64,000 nt of DNA. Origin: an uncultured Candidatus Binatia bacterium (GTDB taxonomy: Bacteria > Desulfobacterota > Binatia > UBA9968 > JAJDTQ01). Positions 18,542-28,800 of the stretch are shown here, in pieces (position 1 is the stretch's first letter; the number at the start of each line of letters is the position of its first letter). The DNA is taken from NCBI GenBank assembly GCA_965242525.1, contig OZ251459.1, positions 1,312,001 to 1,376,000 on the forward strand. The letters run 5' to 3'. The notes beneath the pieces were generated by a model. That model made no database searches. It was not told where the DNA came from and saw only the letters and a program-made list of their open reading frames with translations. The translations under genes were made by a program, and so were the position numbers.

Positions 18542-20326
18542 TCAACCCTTTTCCTTGTCGTCCTCTTCCGTTTCGGGCTGGCCCACCCGGTCCAGCTTCA
18601 ACTCCTCGTTCAATATGGTCTCGAACGAGAACCGCCCGGCCTCCTTCTCCCGCTGCAAGTAGGTCTCCAGCTCCTCCCTCTCCGCGGACTTCTCCAGCGC
18701 ACGGATGCTGAGGCCGATCTTCCGTTCCTGCAGGTCCACGTTGACCACCTCCGCCTCCACCGTATCGCCCACGTGGTAGAGGCTGGAGGGTTTCTCCACG
18801 TGCTCCGTGCTGAGCTGCGAGACGTGGATCAACCCCTCCACGCCTTCGGCCAGGCGCACGAACACGCCGAAGTCGAGCACCCGGACCACCTCGCCGGTGA
18901 CCCGGGAACCCGTCGGATGCTCCTTGACCACCTGTTCCCATGGGTCCATGGTCAACTGCTTCACACCGAGGGAGAACCGCTCCACCTGGGGGTCCACCCC
19001 GAGCACCTTGGCTTCCACCATGTCACCCTTCTTGTAGAGCTCGGAGGGGTGCTTGACCTTCCGGGTCCACTCCAGGTCGGAGATGTGGATCAGGCCGTCG
19101 ATGCCCTCCTCGACCCCCACGAACACGCCGAAGTCCGTGATGTTCCGCACCGGCCCCTTGACGACGCTGCCCTCGGGGTACTTCTCCTTGGCCTGGAACC
19201 ACGGGTTCGGCAAAACCTGGCGCAGCCCCAGCGAGATGCGCCGGCGCCCGGGGTCCGCCTTCAGCACCATGGCCTCCACGGTCTCCCCCACCTGGACCAC
19301 CTTGGAGGGATGCGAGAGCTTCTTCGCCCAGGACATCTCCGAGACGTGGATCAACCCCTCCACCCCCTTCTCCAACTCCACGAAAGCGCCGTAGTCCGTC
19401 AACCCCACCACCTTGCCGTGGATCTTCGAGTCCACGGGGTACCGCTCCGCCACCGACTCCCACGGGTCCGGCGTGATCTGCTTCATGCCCAGGGAGATGC
19501 GCTCCTTCTCCTTGTCGAACTTGAGCACCACCACCTTGACGGTCTCGCCCAGGCCCAGCAGGTCGCTGGGATGGTTGACGCGGCCCCAGGACATGTCGGT
19601 GATGTGCAGGATGCCGTCGATCCCCCCCACGTCCACGAAAGCGCCGTAGTCCGTGATGTTCTTGACCACGCCTTCCAGGATCACGCCCTCGTCGAGAACG
19701 GCGAGGGTCTCTTTCTTGAGCACCTCCCGCTCCTTCTCGAGCAGGACCTTGCGCGACACCACCACGTTGTCGCGCATCCGGTTGTACTTGAGGATGGTGA
19801 ACCGCTCCCGTTTCCCCACGAACTGCTCGAGGTGCCGGGTGGGTCGAATGTCCACGTGGGAGCCCGGCAGGAAACCGTCCACGCCCACATCGACCTTGAA
19901 CCCGCCCTTCACCCGGGAGACGATGACGCCTTCGACCGGGGAGTTCTCCTCGTAGGCCTTCTCGATCCTGTCCCAGACCTTGATGCTCTCGGCCTTCTGG
20001 CGGGAGAGCACGATCTCGCCCCGGTCCCCTTCGGGGGACTCGAAGAAGACGTCCACGTCGTCGTCCACCTCCACCAGCAGCTTGCCCTCGCGGTCCTGGA
20101 ACTCCTGGACCGGGATGCGCCCTTCGGTCTTGTAGCCTACGTCCACCACCACGTGGGTCGGGTTGATATCCACCACCTTGCCGGTCACCACCCCGCCCGG
20201 CTTCACCGCCTGCAGGCTCTCCTGGAACAAAGACTCGAAGTCGTCTTCCGCAACCGGGGTTTCCTGGCCCTGCGGGACCTGGCCCTGCGGTATTTCCCGG
20301 TTCTTGTTTGCCTCGCCGTCCATCAT
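18542..20326 (-). CDS. rpsA: 30S ribosomal protein S1
   Basis: Six S1 repeats of the DYGAFV...GLIHVSE type; follows cmk. Confidence 0.97.
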   Translation of the reverse strand: MMDGEANKNREIPQGQVPQGQETPVAEDDFESLFQESLQAVKPGGVVTGKVVDINPTHVVVDVGYKTEGRIPVQEFQDREGKLLVEVDDDVDVFFESPEGDRGEIVLSRQKAESIKVWDRIEKAYEENSPVEGVIVSRVKGGFKVDVGVDGFLPGSHVDIRPTRHLEQFVGKRERFTILKYNRMRDNVVVSRKVLLEKEREVLKKETLAVLDEGVILEGVVKNITDYGAFVDVGGIDGILHITDMSWGRVNHPSDLLGLGETVKVVVLKFDKEKERISLGMKQITPDPWESVAERYPVDSKIHGKVVGLTDYGAFVELEKGVEGLIHVSEMSWAKKLSHPSKVVQVGETVEAMVLKADPGRRRISLGLRQVLPNPWFQAKEKYPEGSVVKGPVRNITDFGVFVGVEEGIDGLIHISDLEWTRKVKHPSELYKKGDMVEAKVLGVDPQVERFSLGVKQLTMDPWEQVVKEHPTGSRVTGEVVRVLDFGVFVRLAEGVEGLIHVSQLSTEHVEKPSSLYHVGDTVEAEVVNVDLQERKIGLSIRALEKSAEREELETYLQREKEAGRFSFETILNEELKLDRVGQPETEEDDKEKG

Positions 20327-21015
20327 GAAACGATTCTCCCACTTTCTTTTGATTTCGCGCCCTTCTTGCTTACTTGCTCAAGCACCTTCTCGATTACGGC
20401 CGCCACCGACAGGCCGGTGGAGTCGATCAGCACCGCGTCGTCCGCCCGGCGCAGCGGCGCCACGGTCCGCTCCCTGTCCCGCCGGTCCCTGCGCATGACG
20501 TCCGCCAAGGTCTGCTCCAGGGTCAGCCCCGAACCCCGGCCGGCCAACTCCCGGAACCGCCGGCGGGCCCGGGTCTCCGGCGAGGCGTCCAGGTAGATCT
20601 TCACCTCGGCGTCGGGAAACACCACCGTGCCCATGTCGCGGCCCTCGGCCACCACGCCGCCGCTCCGGCCCATGGAGCGCTGCAGGTCCGCCATCCGTTT
20701 CCTTACCACGCCCAGGCCGGAGACCCGGGAGGCCATCTGCCCCACCTCGGGGGTGCGGATGGCTCCGCTCACGTCCGCGCCGTCCAGCATCACCGCGGGG
20801 GAGTCCTCGTCCGCGCCCAGGTCCACCGACGTGCCTTCCAGTATCCGGCCCAAGGCGCTCTCGTCGTCCGGGTCCGTCCCGTGGCGCATGACCTTCCACG
20901 CCACCGCGCGGTACATGGCCCCCGTATCCATATAACGGTATCCCAGACGCTTCGCCACGGCCCGGGCCACGGTGCTCTTGCCCGCCCCCGCGGGGCCGTC
21001 GATGGCCACGATCAA
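20323..21015 (-). CDS. cmk: Cytidylate kinase
   Basis: AIDGPAGAGKST, DTGAMYR and EGRDMGTVVFPDA. Confidence 0.96.
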   Translation of the reverse strand: MIVAIDGPAGAGKSTVARAVAKRLGYRYMDTGAMYRAVAWKVMRHGTDPDDESALGRILEGTSVDLGADEDSPAVMLDGADVSGAIRTPEVGQMASRVSGLGVVRKRMADLQRSMGRSGGVVAEGRDMGTVVFPDAEVKIYLDASPETRARRRFRELAGRGSGLTLEQTLADVMRRDRRDRERTVAPLRRADDAVLIDSTGLSVAAVIEKVLEQVSKKGAKSKESGRIVS

Positions 21016-21063
21016 CTATCCTATCCCCACTCGGCCACATGCACAACTCACGGGAACCACCCG

Positions 21064-22344
21064 TCAACCGCCGATTTTCCCGAGACTTTCGAAGAAGCCC
21101 GGAAACGACACCCCGACGCACTCCTCGCCGGACAGCAGGACGCCGCCCTCCGCGGACAGGCCCGCCACCGCCAGGGCCATGGCCACCCGATGGTCCCCGT
21201 GGCTCTCCACCGACGCGCTCCGGAGCCGGTCCGCGCCCTCGACCGCCACGTCGTCGCCGCGCTCTTCCACCTTCACCCCCAGCTTGGCGAGCTCCCGGCC
21301 CATGACGGCGATGCGGTCGGACTCCTTGAAACGCAGCTCGCCCACGTATCGGAACAGGGTGGAACCCCGGGCCAGGGCCGCGGCCACGAAGAGCACCGGG
21401 TACTCGTCGATGGTCCGGGGCGCGAGGTCGGCCGGGACCTCCGTGCCCTCCAGGCGCCCGCCCCGGATGCGCAGGTCCGCCACCGGCTCGCCGTTCTCCT
21501 CCCGGACCCGGGTCATCTCGATGTCCGCGCCCATGGACCGCAGCACTTCCACCGCCCCGCTGCGCGTGGGGTTGCAGCCCACCCCCCTGACGCACAGGTC
21601 CGAGCCGGGCACGGCGGCCGCGGCCACGGCCAGGAACGCCGCCGAAGACATGTCTCCCGGCACCTTGAGCCGCGTCCCCGACAGTTCCTGCCCGCCCCGG
21701 ACGACCACCTCCGGGCCGGCGCTCTCCACCGCGGCGCCGAACTCCCGGGCCATGATCTCCGTGTGGTCCCGGGAGCGGCAGGGCTCCTCGAACCGGGTCT
21801 CCCCCCGGGCCTGCAACCCGGCCAGGAGGACCGCGGACTTGACCTGCGCGCTGGCCACCGGCGAGGCGTAGGCGATGCCGTGGAGACCGCCGCCCTCGAT
21901 CTCCAGGGGCGCGCGGCCGCCGCGGCCGGCCACCCGGGCGCCCATGCGCGTGAGCGGGTCGATGACGCGCTCCATGGGACGGCTGCGCAACGAGCCGTCG
22001 CCGTCGAGGGTGGCGGTGAAGGGGCGGCCCGCCAGCAACCCCGTCAACAGCCGCATGGTGGTGCCGGAGTTGCCGCAGTCGATGGTCTCCTGCGGCGGGC
22101 GCAACCCGTCCCAACCCCTGCCCTCGATGCACAGGGCGCCGTCCTCGCGCCGGAACTCCACTCCCATGCGCCGGAACGCCGCCACCGTGCTGGAGTTGTC
22201 GGCCCCCCGGGAGAGGTTCTCGATGCGGGTCTCGCCCCGGGCCACCGCCCCCAGCATCACCGCCCGGTGTCCGATGGACTTGTCGCCCGGCACTTCCAGT
22301 TCGCCCCGCAGCGGGCGCGACGCCTGTGGGACCCTGACGGCCAT
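21064..22344 (-). CDS. aroA: EPSP synthase (class II)
   Basis: PGDKSIGHR, GNSGTTMR, SAQVKS, KESDR and DHRVAM. Confidence 0.96.
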   Translation of the reverse strand: MAVRVPQASRPLRGELEVPGDKSIGHRAVMLGAVARGETRIENLSRGADNSSTVAAFRRMGVEFRREDGALCIEGRGWDGLRPPQETIDCGNSGTTMRLLTGLLAGRPFTATLDGDGSLRSRPMERVIDPLTRMGARVAGRGGRAPLEIEGGGLHGIAYASPVASAQVKSAVLLAGLQARGETRFEEPCRSRDHTEIMAREFGAAVESAGPEVVVRGGQELSGTRLKVPGDMSSAAFLAVAAAAVPGSDLCVRGVGCNPTRSGAVEVLRSMGADIEMTRVREENGEPVADLRIRGGRLEGTEVPADLAPRTIDEYPVLFVAAALARGSTLFRYVGELRFKESDRIAVMGRELAKLGVKVEERGDDVAVEGADRLRSASVESHGDHRVAMALAVAGLSAEGGVLLSGEECVGVSFPGFFESLGKIGG

Positions 22345-22347
22345 CGG

Positions 22348-23202
22348 CTACTTCATCCTCTTCCGGGTGGTCAAGGCCCGCTCGAACTCCCGTTCCAACC
22401 CCTCCCCGTCGTTCCGGCGGATGCAGTCGGCCATCCTCTCGATCCCCCGCGCGTGTTCCCCCAGCCCCTTCAGCACCGCCTCGCGGTTGAGGAGGCAGAT
22501 GTCGCGCCACAACTCGGGACGGCTGGCGGCGATGCGGGTGGTGTCCTTGAACCCTGCGCCGCAGTACGCGGCCAAGTCCAGCGACCCCACCTTGGAGCGT
22601 TCCAGGGCGTTGACCAGCGCATACGCCACCACGTGGGGAAGGTGGCTGACCACCCCCATGATCCGGTCGTGGACGGCCGCGTCCATCAACTCCACCCTGG
22701 CCCCCAACCGGCGCCAGAACGCCCGCAGCTTCTTCACCGCGGCCGGGTCGCTCTTCTTCGTGGGCGTGAGTATGCAGCGGCGGCGGACGAACAGGTCCGG
22801 CCGGGCCGGGTCGGGTCCCCACTGCTCCCCGCCGGAGATCGGATGCCCCCCCACGAAGGGCGGTCCGCCCTTCAACAGCCGCTCCATGTCCGCCACCACC
22901 CGGCGTTTCACGCTGCCCGCGTCGCTGACCAGGCACGCAGGGTCGAGCCTCGGCAGGAACGACCGCGCCACCGGAACGATGGCGCTCACGGGCGTGGCCA
23001 GAAGCAGGAAGTCGGCGTCCTCGGGAAAATCCCCGGCCTCCAGGAACCAGGAGTCCAGGATCCCCATCCTCTTCGCCCGGCCCAGGGTCTTCCGGTTGCG
23101 TCCGTACCCCACCACGCGCCGGACCAGTCCGTGCTTCCTGGCGGCCAACGCAATGGACCCGCCGATGAGGCCCACGCCGGCCACCACCATGGTGCGGAAC
23201 AT
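22348..23202 (-). CDS. tyrA: Prephenate/arogenate dehydrogenase
   Basis: GVGLIGGS, DAGSVK, GGHPISG, SHLPH and GFKDTTRIA. Start is ATG at 23202. Confidence 0.93.
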   Translation of the reverse strand: MFRTMVVAGVGLIGGSIALAARKHGLVRRVVGYGRNRKTLGRAKRMGILDSWFLEAGDFPEDADFLLLATPVSAIVPVARSFLPRLDPACLVSDAGSVKRRVVADMERLLKGGPPFVGGHPISGGEQWGPDPARPDLFVRRRCILTPTKKSDPAAVKKLRAFWRRLGARVELMDAAVHDRIMGVVSHLPHVVAYALVNALERSKVGSLDLAAYCGAGFKDTTRIAASRPELWRDICLLNREAVLKGLGEHARGIERMADCIRRNDGEGLEREFERALTTRKRMK

Positions 23203-24323
23203 CAGCGGCCCCCTCCCCCCTCGCCCGGCCCACCGTCTCCCGGCAGCTCGGCAAGGGCGGCCAGGAGCTTCCGGTTCTCGTCCCCGGTCCCCACGGTCAC
23301 GCGCACGTGCTCGGGAAAATCGGGACCCACGGGCCTCACGATGACCCCCTTCCGCAACAACTCCTCGTAGCAGCGCCCCACTTGGCCGGTCCGCACCAGC
23401 AGGAAGTTGGCCTGGCTCGGGACCCATTCGAGCCCCAGGGCGGTGAGGCCCTCGGCGAGACGCGCCCGACCCTGCCGGTTGGCCTCGACGCTCCGGCGCA
23501 GGTGCTCCCGGTCGTCCAGGGCCGCGGCCGCGGCCCACTGGGCCGCGGCGTTGACGTTGAAGGGTTGCCGCACTTGGTTCATGGGCGCGATGATCTCGGG
23601 ACGGGCGACGCCGTACCCGATGCGCAGGCCCGCCAGTCCATAGACCTTGGAGAAGGTGCGCAGGGTCAGCACCGAGCGGTCTTCCCGGTGGTGCTCCAGG
23701 GAGTCCGGAAAGTCCGGGTCGTCCGCGTACTCGAAGTACGCCTCGTCCGCCACCACCAGGACGTCGGGACCCACCCGTTCGAGGAACCCCTCCCACTCCC
23801 GCCGACGGTAGATGGCGCCGGTGGGGTTGTTGGGGTTGGCCAGGAAGACGCAGCGGGTGTCCCGGGTCAGGGCCCGGGCCATGCCCTCCAGGTCGTAGGC
23901 GTAGTCCTTCAACGGCGCGGTCCGCACCGCGGCGCCCACCGCGTCCAGCGAGAGGCGATAGGCCACGAAAGTGCCCTGGGCCAGCAGGGCTTCGTCTCCC
24001 GGACGCAGGAACGTCCGCACCGCGAGGTCGATGAGCTCGTTGGAGCCGTTGCCGAAGATCAGCCCTTCCGGCTGGACCCCGAGCCTCCCGGCCAGCGCGC
24101 GCCTGAGATGGAAGCAGTCCCCGTCCGGATAGAGGTGGAGGTCCTCCAACCGCTCCCGCAGCGCCTTCACCGCCCTGGGGGACGGACCCAGGGGGTTCTC
24201 GTTGGACGCCAGCTTGGCCGACCCCCGGATGCCGTACTCCCGCTCCACCTCGTCGATGGGCTTGCCCGGCACGTACGGCACGATGCGGCGGATATGCTCC
24301 GGAACCTTGTCGGCGATGCTCAT
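23202..24323 (-). CDS. hisC: Histidinol-phosphate aminotransferase
   Basis: KLASNENPLG, NPNNPTG, DEAY and TFSKVYGLAGLRIGY. Confidence 0.94.
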   Translation of the reverse strand: MSIADKVPEHIRRIVPYVPGKPIDEVEREYGIRGSAKLASNENPLGPSPRAVKALRERLEDLHLYPDGDCFHLRRALAGRLGVQPEGLIFGNGSNELIDLAVRTFLRPGDEALLAQGTFVAYRLSLDAVGAAVRTAPLKDYAYDLEGMARALTRDTRCVFLANPNNPTGAIYRRREWEGFLERVGPDVLVVADEAYFEYADDPDFPDSLEHHREDRSVLTLRTFSKVYGLAGLRIGYGVARPEIIAPMNQVRQPFNVNAAAQWAAAAALDDREHLRRSVEANRQGRARLAEGLTALGLEWVPSQANFLLVRTGQVGRCYEELLRKGVIVRPVGPDFPEHVRVTVGTGDENRKLLAALAELPGDGGPGEGGGGR

Positions 24324-25396
24324 AGGCTGCACGGGTAGGAGCCGAGGACCTTGAGGAAGACGCAGCTCCCGGCGAGCTGCTTCAGCGCCTTCCCCACCCG
24401 GGCCTCCTGCTCATGTCCTTCGAAGTCGATGAAGAAATAGTACTCCCACGCCTTCTGGCGCGAGGGGCGCGACTCGATCTTGGTGAGGCTGATGCCGTGC
24501 TTCGAGAACGGCGCCAGCATCTCGTGCAGCACCCCCACCCGGTCCTGGACCGCAAAGACGATGCTGGTCTTGTCCTCGCTCGTGGCCGCGGGCGGGTCGT
24601 TGCCGATGACGAAGAACCGGGTGATGTTGTCGCGGACGTCGGCGATGTTGTCCCGGACCACCTTGAGGCCGTACACCTCCCCGGCCAACCGGCTGGAGAC
24701 CGCGGCCGCCTCCCGGTCCGAGCGGGCCTCCTTGGCGGCTTGCGCCGTGCTGGCCGCCTCCCCGACCGCGGCGTCGGGGTAATGCGCGGCGATCCATCGG
24801 CGGCACTGGGCCAGGGCGTGGGGATGGGAAAGGATTCGGCGGACGTCCCGGTCCCGGCCCGACCGGGACAGCAGGCAGAGCTCGATCTCGACGCTCACCT
24901 CCCCGCAGATGCGGACGTCCGACTCCTGCAGCAGGTCCAGGGTGTGGGTCACCACTCCTTCGGTGGAGTTCTCGATGGGCACGACGCCGTAGTCCACGTT
25001 GCCCGCGGCCACCTCTCGAAACACGTCGTCGGTGGTGGGCTCGGGGGAGTACCGCACGGCGCTGCCGAACTGCCGCTGGGCGGCCACGTGGGTGAAGGTG
25101 GCCTGCGGCCCGAGGAACGCCACCCTCATGCGGGCCTCGATCCCGCGGCAGGCCGACAACACCTCCCGATAGACGGCGCGGACGGAGGCCGCGGGCAACG
25201 GCCCCGCGTTGGCCGCGGAAACCTGCCGGAACACGGCCCGTTCGCGGCTGGCCACATAGACCGGCCTTCCCGTGCGGCTCTTGTGATGCCCGATCTTCAG
25301 GGCGAGGGAAGCTCTCTCGTTGAGAAGCGCTACAATCCTGGAATCAACTCGGTCGATCTTCTTGCGGAGGGCATCTACCGGTTCTCTACGGCTCAA
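24320..25396 (-). CDS. pheA: Chorismate mutase/prephenate dehydratase (P-protein)
   Basis: N-terminal chorismate mutase domain, PIENSTEG, TRFF and ACT domain LTKIESRP. Confidence 0.95.
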   Translation of the reverse strand: MSRREPVDALRKKIDRVDSRIVALLNERASLALKIGHHKSRTGRPVYVASRERAVFRQVSAANAGPLPAASVRAVYREVLSACRGIEARMRVAFLGPQATFTHVAAQRQFGSAVRYSPEPTTDDVFREVAAGNVDYGVVPIENSTEGVVTHTLDLLQESDVRICGEVSVEIELCLLSRSGRDRDVRRILSHPHALAQCRRWIAAHYPDAAVGEAASTAQAAKEARSDREAAAVSSRLAGEVYGLKVVRDNIADVRDNITRFFVIGNDPPAATSEDKTSIVFAVQDRVGVLHEMLAPFSKHGISLTKIESRPSRQKAWEYYFFIDFEGHEQEARVGKALKQLAGSCVFLKVLGSYPCSL

Positions 25397-25434
25397 TGAA
25401 AAACCTCGAGGGGATGGATTGCGACCAGACGGCT

Positions 25435-25463
25435 ACGTTAGCCGAACTCCTGCGGAATTGCAA
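25435..25463 (-). promoter_or_regulatory. Putative sigma70 promoter of the pheA...rpsA operon
   Basis: TTGCAA-N17-TAACGT on the minus strand, about 40 nt upstream of pheA. Confidence 0.5.
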
Positions 25464-25522
25464 ATACGATCCCCGTCGTTCCCAACCTTCTCCCACATTG
25501 CGCTTGGCCCCTGCCTCCCCTT

Positions 25523-25752
25523 TGGGGCGCTTCCGAAATTCGTGTGGATTGCGACACTCCCCATCCCGTCATTCCCGCGAAAGCGGGAATCCATCCGGTT
25601 TGCTCGCAGGGTCTGGATTCCCGTCCCCGCTTCCGCGAGGACATGCTTTCGCGGGACTGACGACGGGTGGGCGTCTGCGGAGCAATGACTGCGTGACTCC
25701 TATCGCTCCCCTTTCCCCCTACCTTGACCACACGAAAGCCGGAAGAGCCCCA
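25523..25752. mobile_element. Putative MITE (~230 bp) with ~25-bp imperfect terminal inverted repeats
   Basis: Left end TGGGGCGCTTCCGAAATTCGTGTGG versus reverse complement of the right end TGGGGCTCTTCCGGCTTTCGTGTGG. Right-end copies recur at 37795-37816 and 39421-39468. No transposase. Confidence 0.6.
25567..25662. repeat. REP-like palindrome pair (dRS3-like ATTCCC-N8-GGGAAT)
   Basis: CGTCATTCCCGCGAAAGCGGGAATCCA followed by an interrupted inverted copy TGGATTCCCG...CTTTCGCGGGACTGACG. Confidence 0.8.
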
Positions 25753-25881
25753 GCCCCCTTCGGTAACGTTCCCGGATGGGAATATGCTATACGCTCGATG
25801 AATCGAGTCCACCGCTTGGCAGGGTCGAATCCCGTTCCCCCGGGAGGGTCCGGGAACGCTTTTCGGGCGTGAAGAAGCTCC

Positions 25882-28800
25882 ATGAACAACCACGTGTCCA
25901 TCCACGGGGCGCTGCAAGACTTGGCCGCTGCGGTGACGGAGAAGACGACGCAACCCACCGCGGGGGAGCCCGAAGACCAGCTCCGCGCCCCGTTCGAAAC
26001 CTTCATGGCGGACGTCGCCGCGGCCTTGGGCCGGCGCGTCACCTGCACCGGCGAGACGCCGCTGCCGGACCGGCTCGGCCGGCCCGACTACGCGGTTCAC
26101 GGCAACGGCCTGCTCGTCGGCTACGTGGAGATCAAGGCCCCGGGCACGGGCGCTGACGCAGCCCGTTTCAAGGGCCGCAACCGCCAACAGTTCCAGCGCT
26201 TTTCGGCGATCCCCAACCTCCTCTACACCGACGGCAACCAATGGGCGCTGTACCGGGGCGGCGAACGGGCGGGAGGCGTGGTCCGGCTTTCGGGGGATGT
26301 GGCCCGTGACGGCCGGCACGCCGCGGCGGTGGAGGACGCTCCCGGCGTCGAGCGCCTGGTGCGGGACTTCCTGTCGTGGGAGCCGCTCCTGCCCCTGGAC
26401 GGCAAGGGCCGCATGGACCTCCGGCGCTTCGCCGACCTGCTGGCCCCCCTGTGCCGGATGCTGCGGGACGACGTGGCCGACGCCCTCGCCGACCCGGCCT
26501 CCCCTCTCGTTCACTTGGCCGGGGACTGGCGGCAACTGCTGTTCCCTCACGCCTCGGACGTCCAGTTCGCCGACGCCTACGCCCAGACCGTCGCCTTCGC
26601 CCTGCTGCTGGGGCGCAGCGAGGGGGCGGACCCGTTGACGCTGGAAGGGGCCCAGGCCGCCCTCGCCGCACAGCACGGCCTGCTCTCCCGCGCCCTGCAA
26701 GTCCTGACCGACCCGGGCGTGCGGGCGGAGATGAGCGCGTCCCTGGACCTGCTGCTGCGGGTCCTCGCAGTCGTGCCGCCCGCGGCGCTGGCCGGACCGC
26801 AGGACCCGTGGCTCTACTTCTACGAAGACTTCCTGGCGGCCTACGACCCCAAGCTGCGCAAGGACGCCGGGGCCTACTACACTCCGGTGGAAGTGGTCCG
26901 CGCTCAGGTGCGTCTGGTGGACGACCTGCTGGTCCATCGCCTGAACAGACGGCTGGGCTTTACGGAACCCGGCGTGGTCACGCTGGATCCGGCTGCAGGC
27001 ACGGGCACGTACCTGCTGGGGGTGGTCGAACACGCCCTGGGGCGGGTGGAAGCGGAACAGGGGACGGGCGCGGTGGCGGGACAAGCCGCGGAGTTGGCCA
27101 ACAACCTCTACGGCTTCGAATTGATGGCGGGGCCGTATGCGGTGAGCGAGTTGCGCGTCAGCCGCGCCTTGCGCGACCGGGGGGCATCGTCGGCCGACGC
27201 GGCGCGGGTCTATCTGACCGACACCCTGGAGAGCCCCCACGCGGAGCCGCCGCAACTGCCGCTGTTCCTCCGGCCCATCTCGGAGCAGCGCCGCAAGGCG
27301 CTTGCAGTGAAGCGTGAGACGCCGGTGCTGGTGTGTATCGGCAACCCGCCCTACGACCGGCACGAGGCCGCCACCCCGCACAACGGGGACCACACCGGCT
27401 CCTGGGTGCGATGGGGCGAGAACGGGGCGCTGCCGGCAAAGGCTTCTTCCTCGCGCGCCGCGGGCGCGGACGCCATCTTCCGGGACTTCCTCGATCCGGT
27501 GGTGGCAGCGGGCCGCGGCGTCCACCTCAAGAACCTGTACAACCTCTACGTCTATTTCTGGCGCTGGGCGCTGTGGAAGGTGTTCGAGCACGACACCGCC
27601 CGCGGGCCGGGCGTGGTGAGCTTCATCACCGCGTCGAGCTACCTCGACGGCGACGCCTTCCGGGGCATGCGCGAACACATGCGGCGGGTGTGCGATGAAG
27701 TGTGGATCCTGGACTTGGGCGGCGAGGGCCGTGGCACGCGCAAGAGCGACAACGTCTTCGCCATCCAGACGCCGGTGGCCATTGCGGTTGCGGCGCGCAC
27801 GGGCAAGGCGAAGGAGGACGAGCCCGCGAAGGTCCGCTACGCGCGCATCGACGGCACGCGCAGACAGAAGCTGGCTGCCCTCGACGCCATCGACGGTTTC
27901 CGGAAGGTGGCTTGGCAGGACTGCCCCAACGAGTGGCAGGCGGCGTTCCGTCCCGCGGGCAAAGGGGATTACTTCGCTTGGCCGCTGCTCACCGACCTGA
28001 TGCCGTGGCAGCATTCGGGCGTCCAGTTGAAACGCACTTGGCCCATCGCGCCGGATGCGGACACGCTGGAACGCCGTTGGCGAGCGCTGCTCGCAGCTTC
28101 GGGCGCGAACCGGACCGCGGCGTTCAGGGAAACACGCGACCGCAAGGTCTCGTCGGAATGCCCCCCGCTGTTATCGGGAGACGAGACGACGCCTATCGCC
28201 AGCCTGGGCCGTGACGCACCGACCCCGCGCATGGAACGCTATGCCTACCGGTCGTTCGACCGGCAGCGCCTCTTTCTGGATACGCGGCTGGCAGATTACC
28301 TGCGCCCCGCGCTGTGGCGCGCCCATGGCGAACGGCAAGTTTACGTGACCAGCCTCCTCAGCCAAGTCCTCGGCAACGGCCCGGCGCTCACCGCCTGTGC
28401 GCTGCTTCCCGACCTTCATCATTTCCCCGGCGGAAGCGGAAAGAGCATCGTTCCTCTCTACCGGACCGCAGACGCTTCGGAGGCCAACCTCCTGCCCGGC
28501 CTACAGGACCTCCTCGGCAAGACCCTTGGGCGCAAGGTCACTCCCGAACACTTCCTGGCCTACGTCTATGGCGTGCTGGCCCACCCGGCCTTTACGGCGC
28601 GGTTTTCCGAGGAACTGGAAACGCGCGATCTGCGGGTCCCGCTCACCAGGGACGCCGGGTTGTTCGAGCGGGTCCGCAGGACGGGCGCCCGCCTGTTGCG
28701 GTTGCACACCTACGGCGAACGCTTCGCCGGCGGGAGGCAACGCGGCCGGGTTCCCCGCGGCGCGGCCCGATGCGTCAGGGCCGTGCCCGGCGACCCTGCC

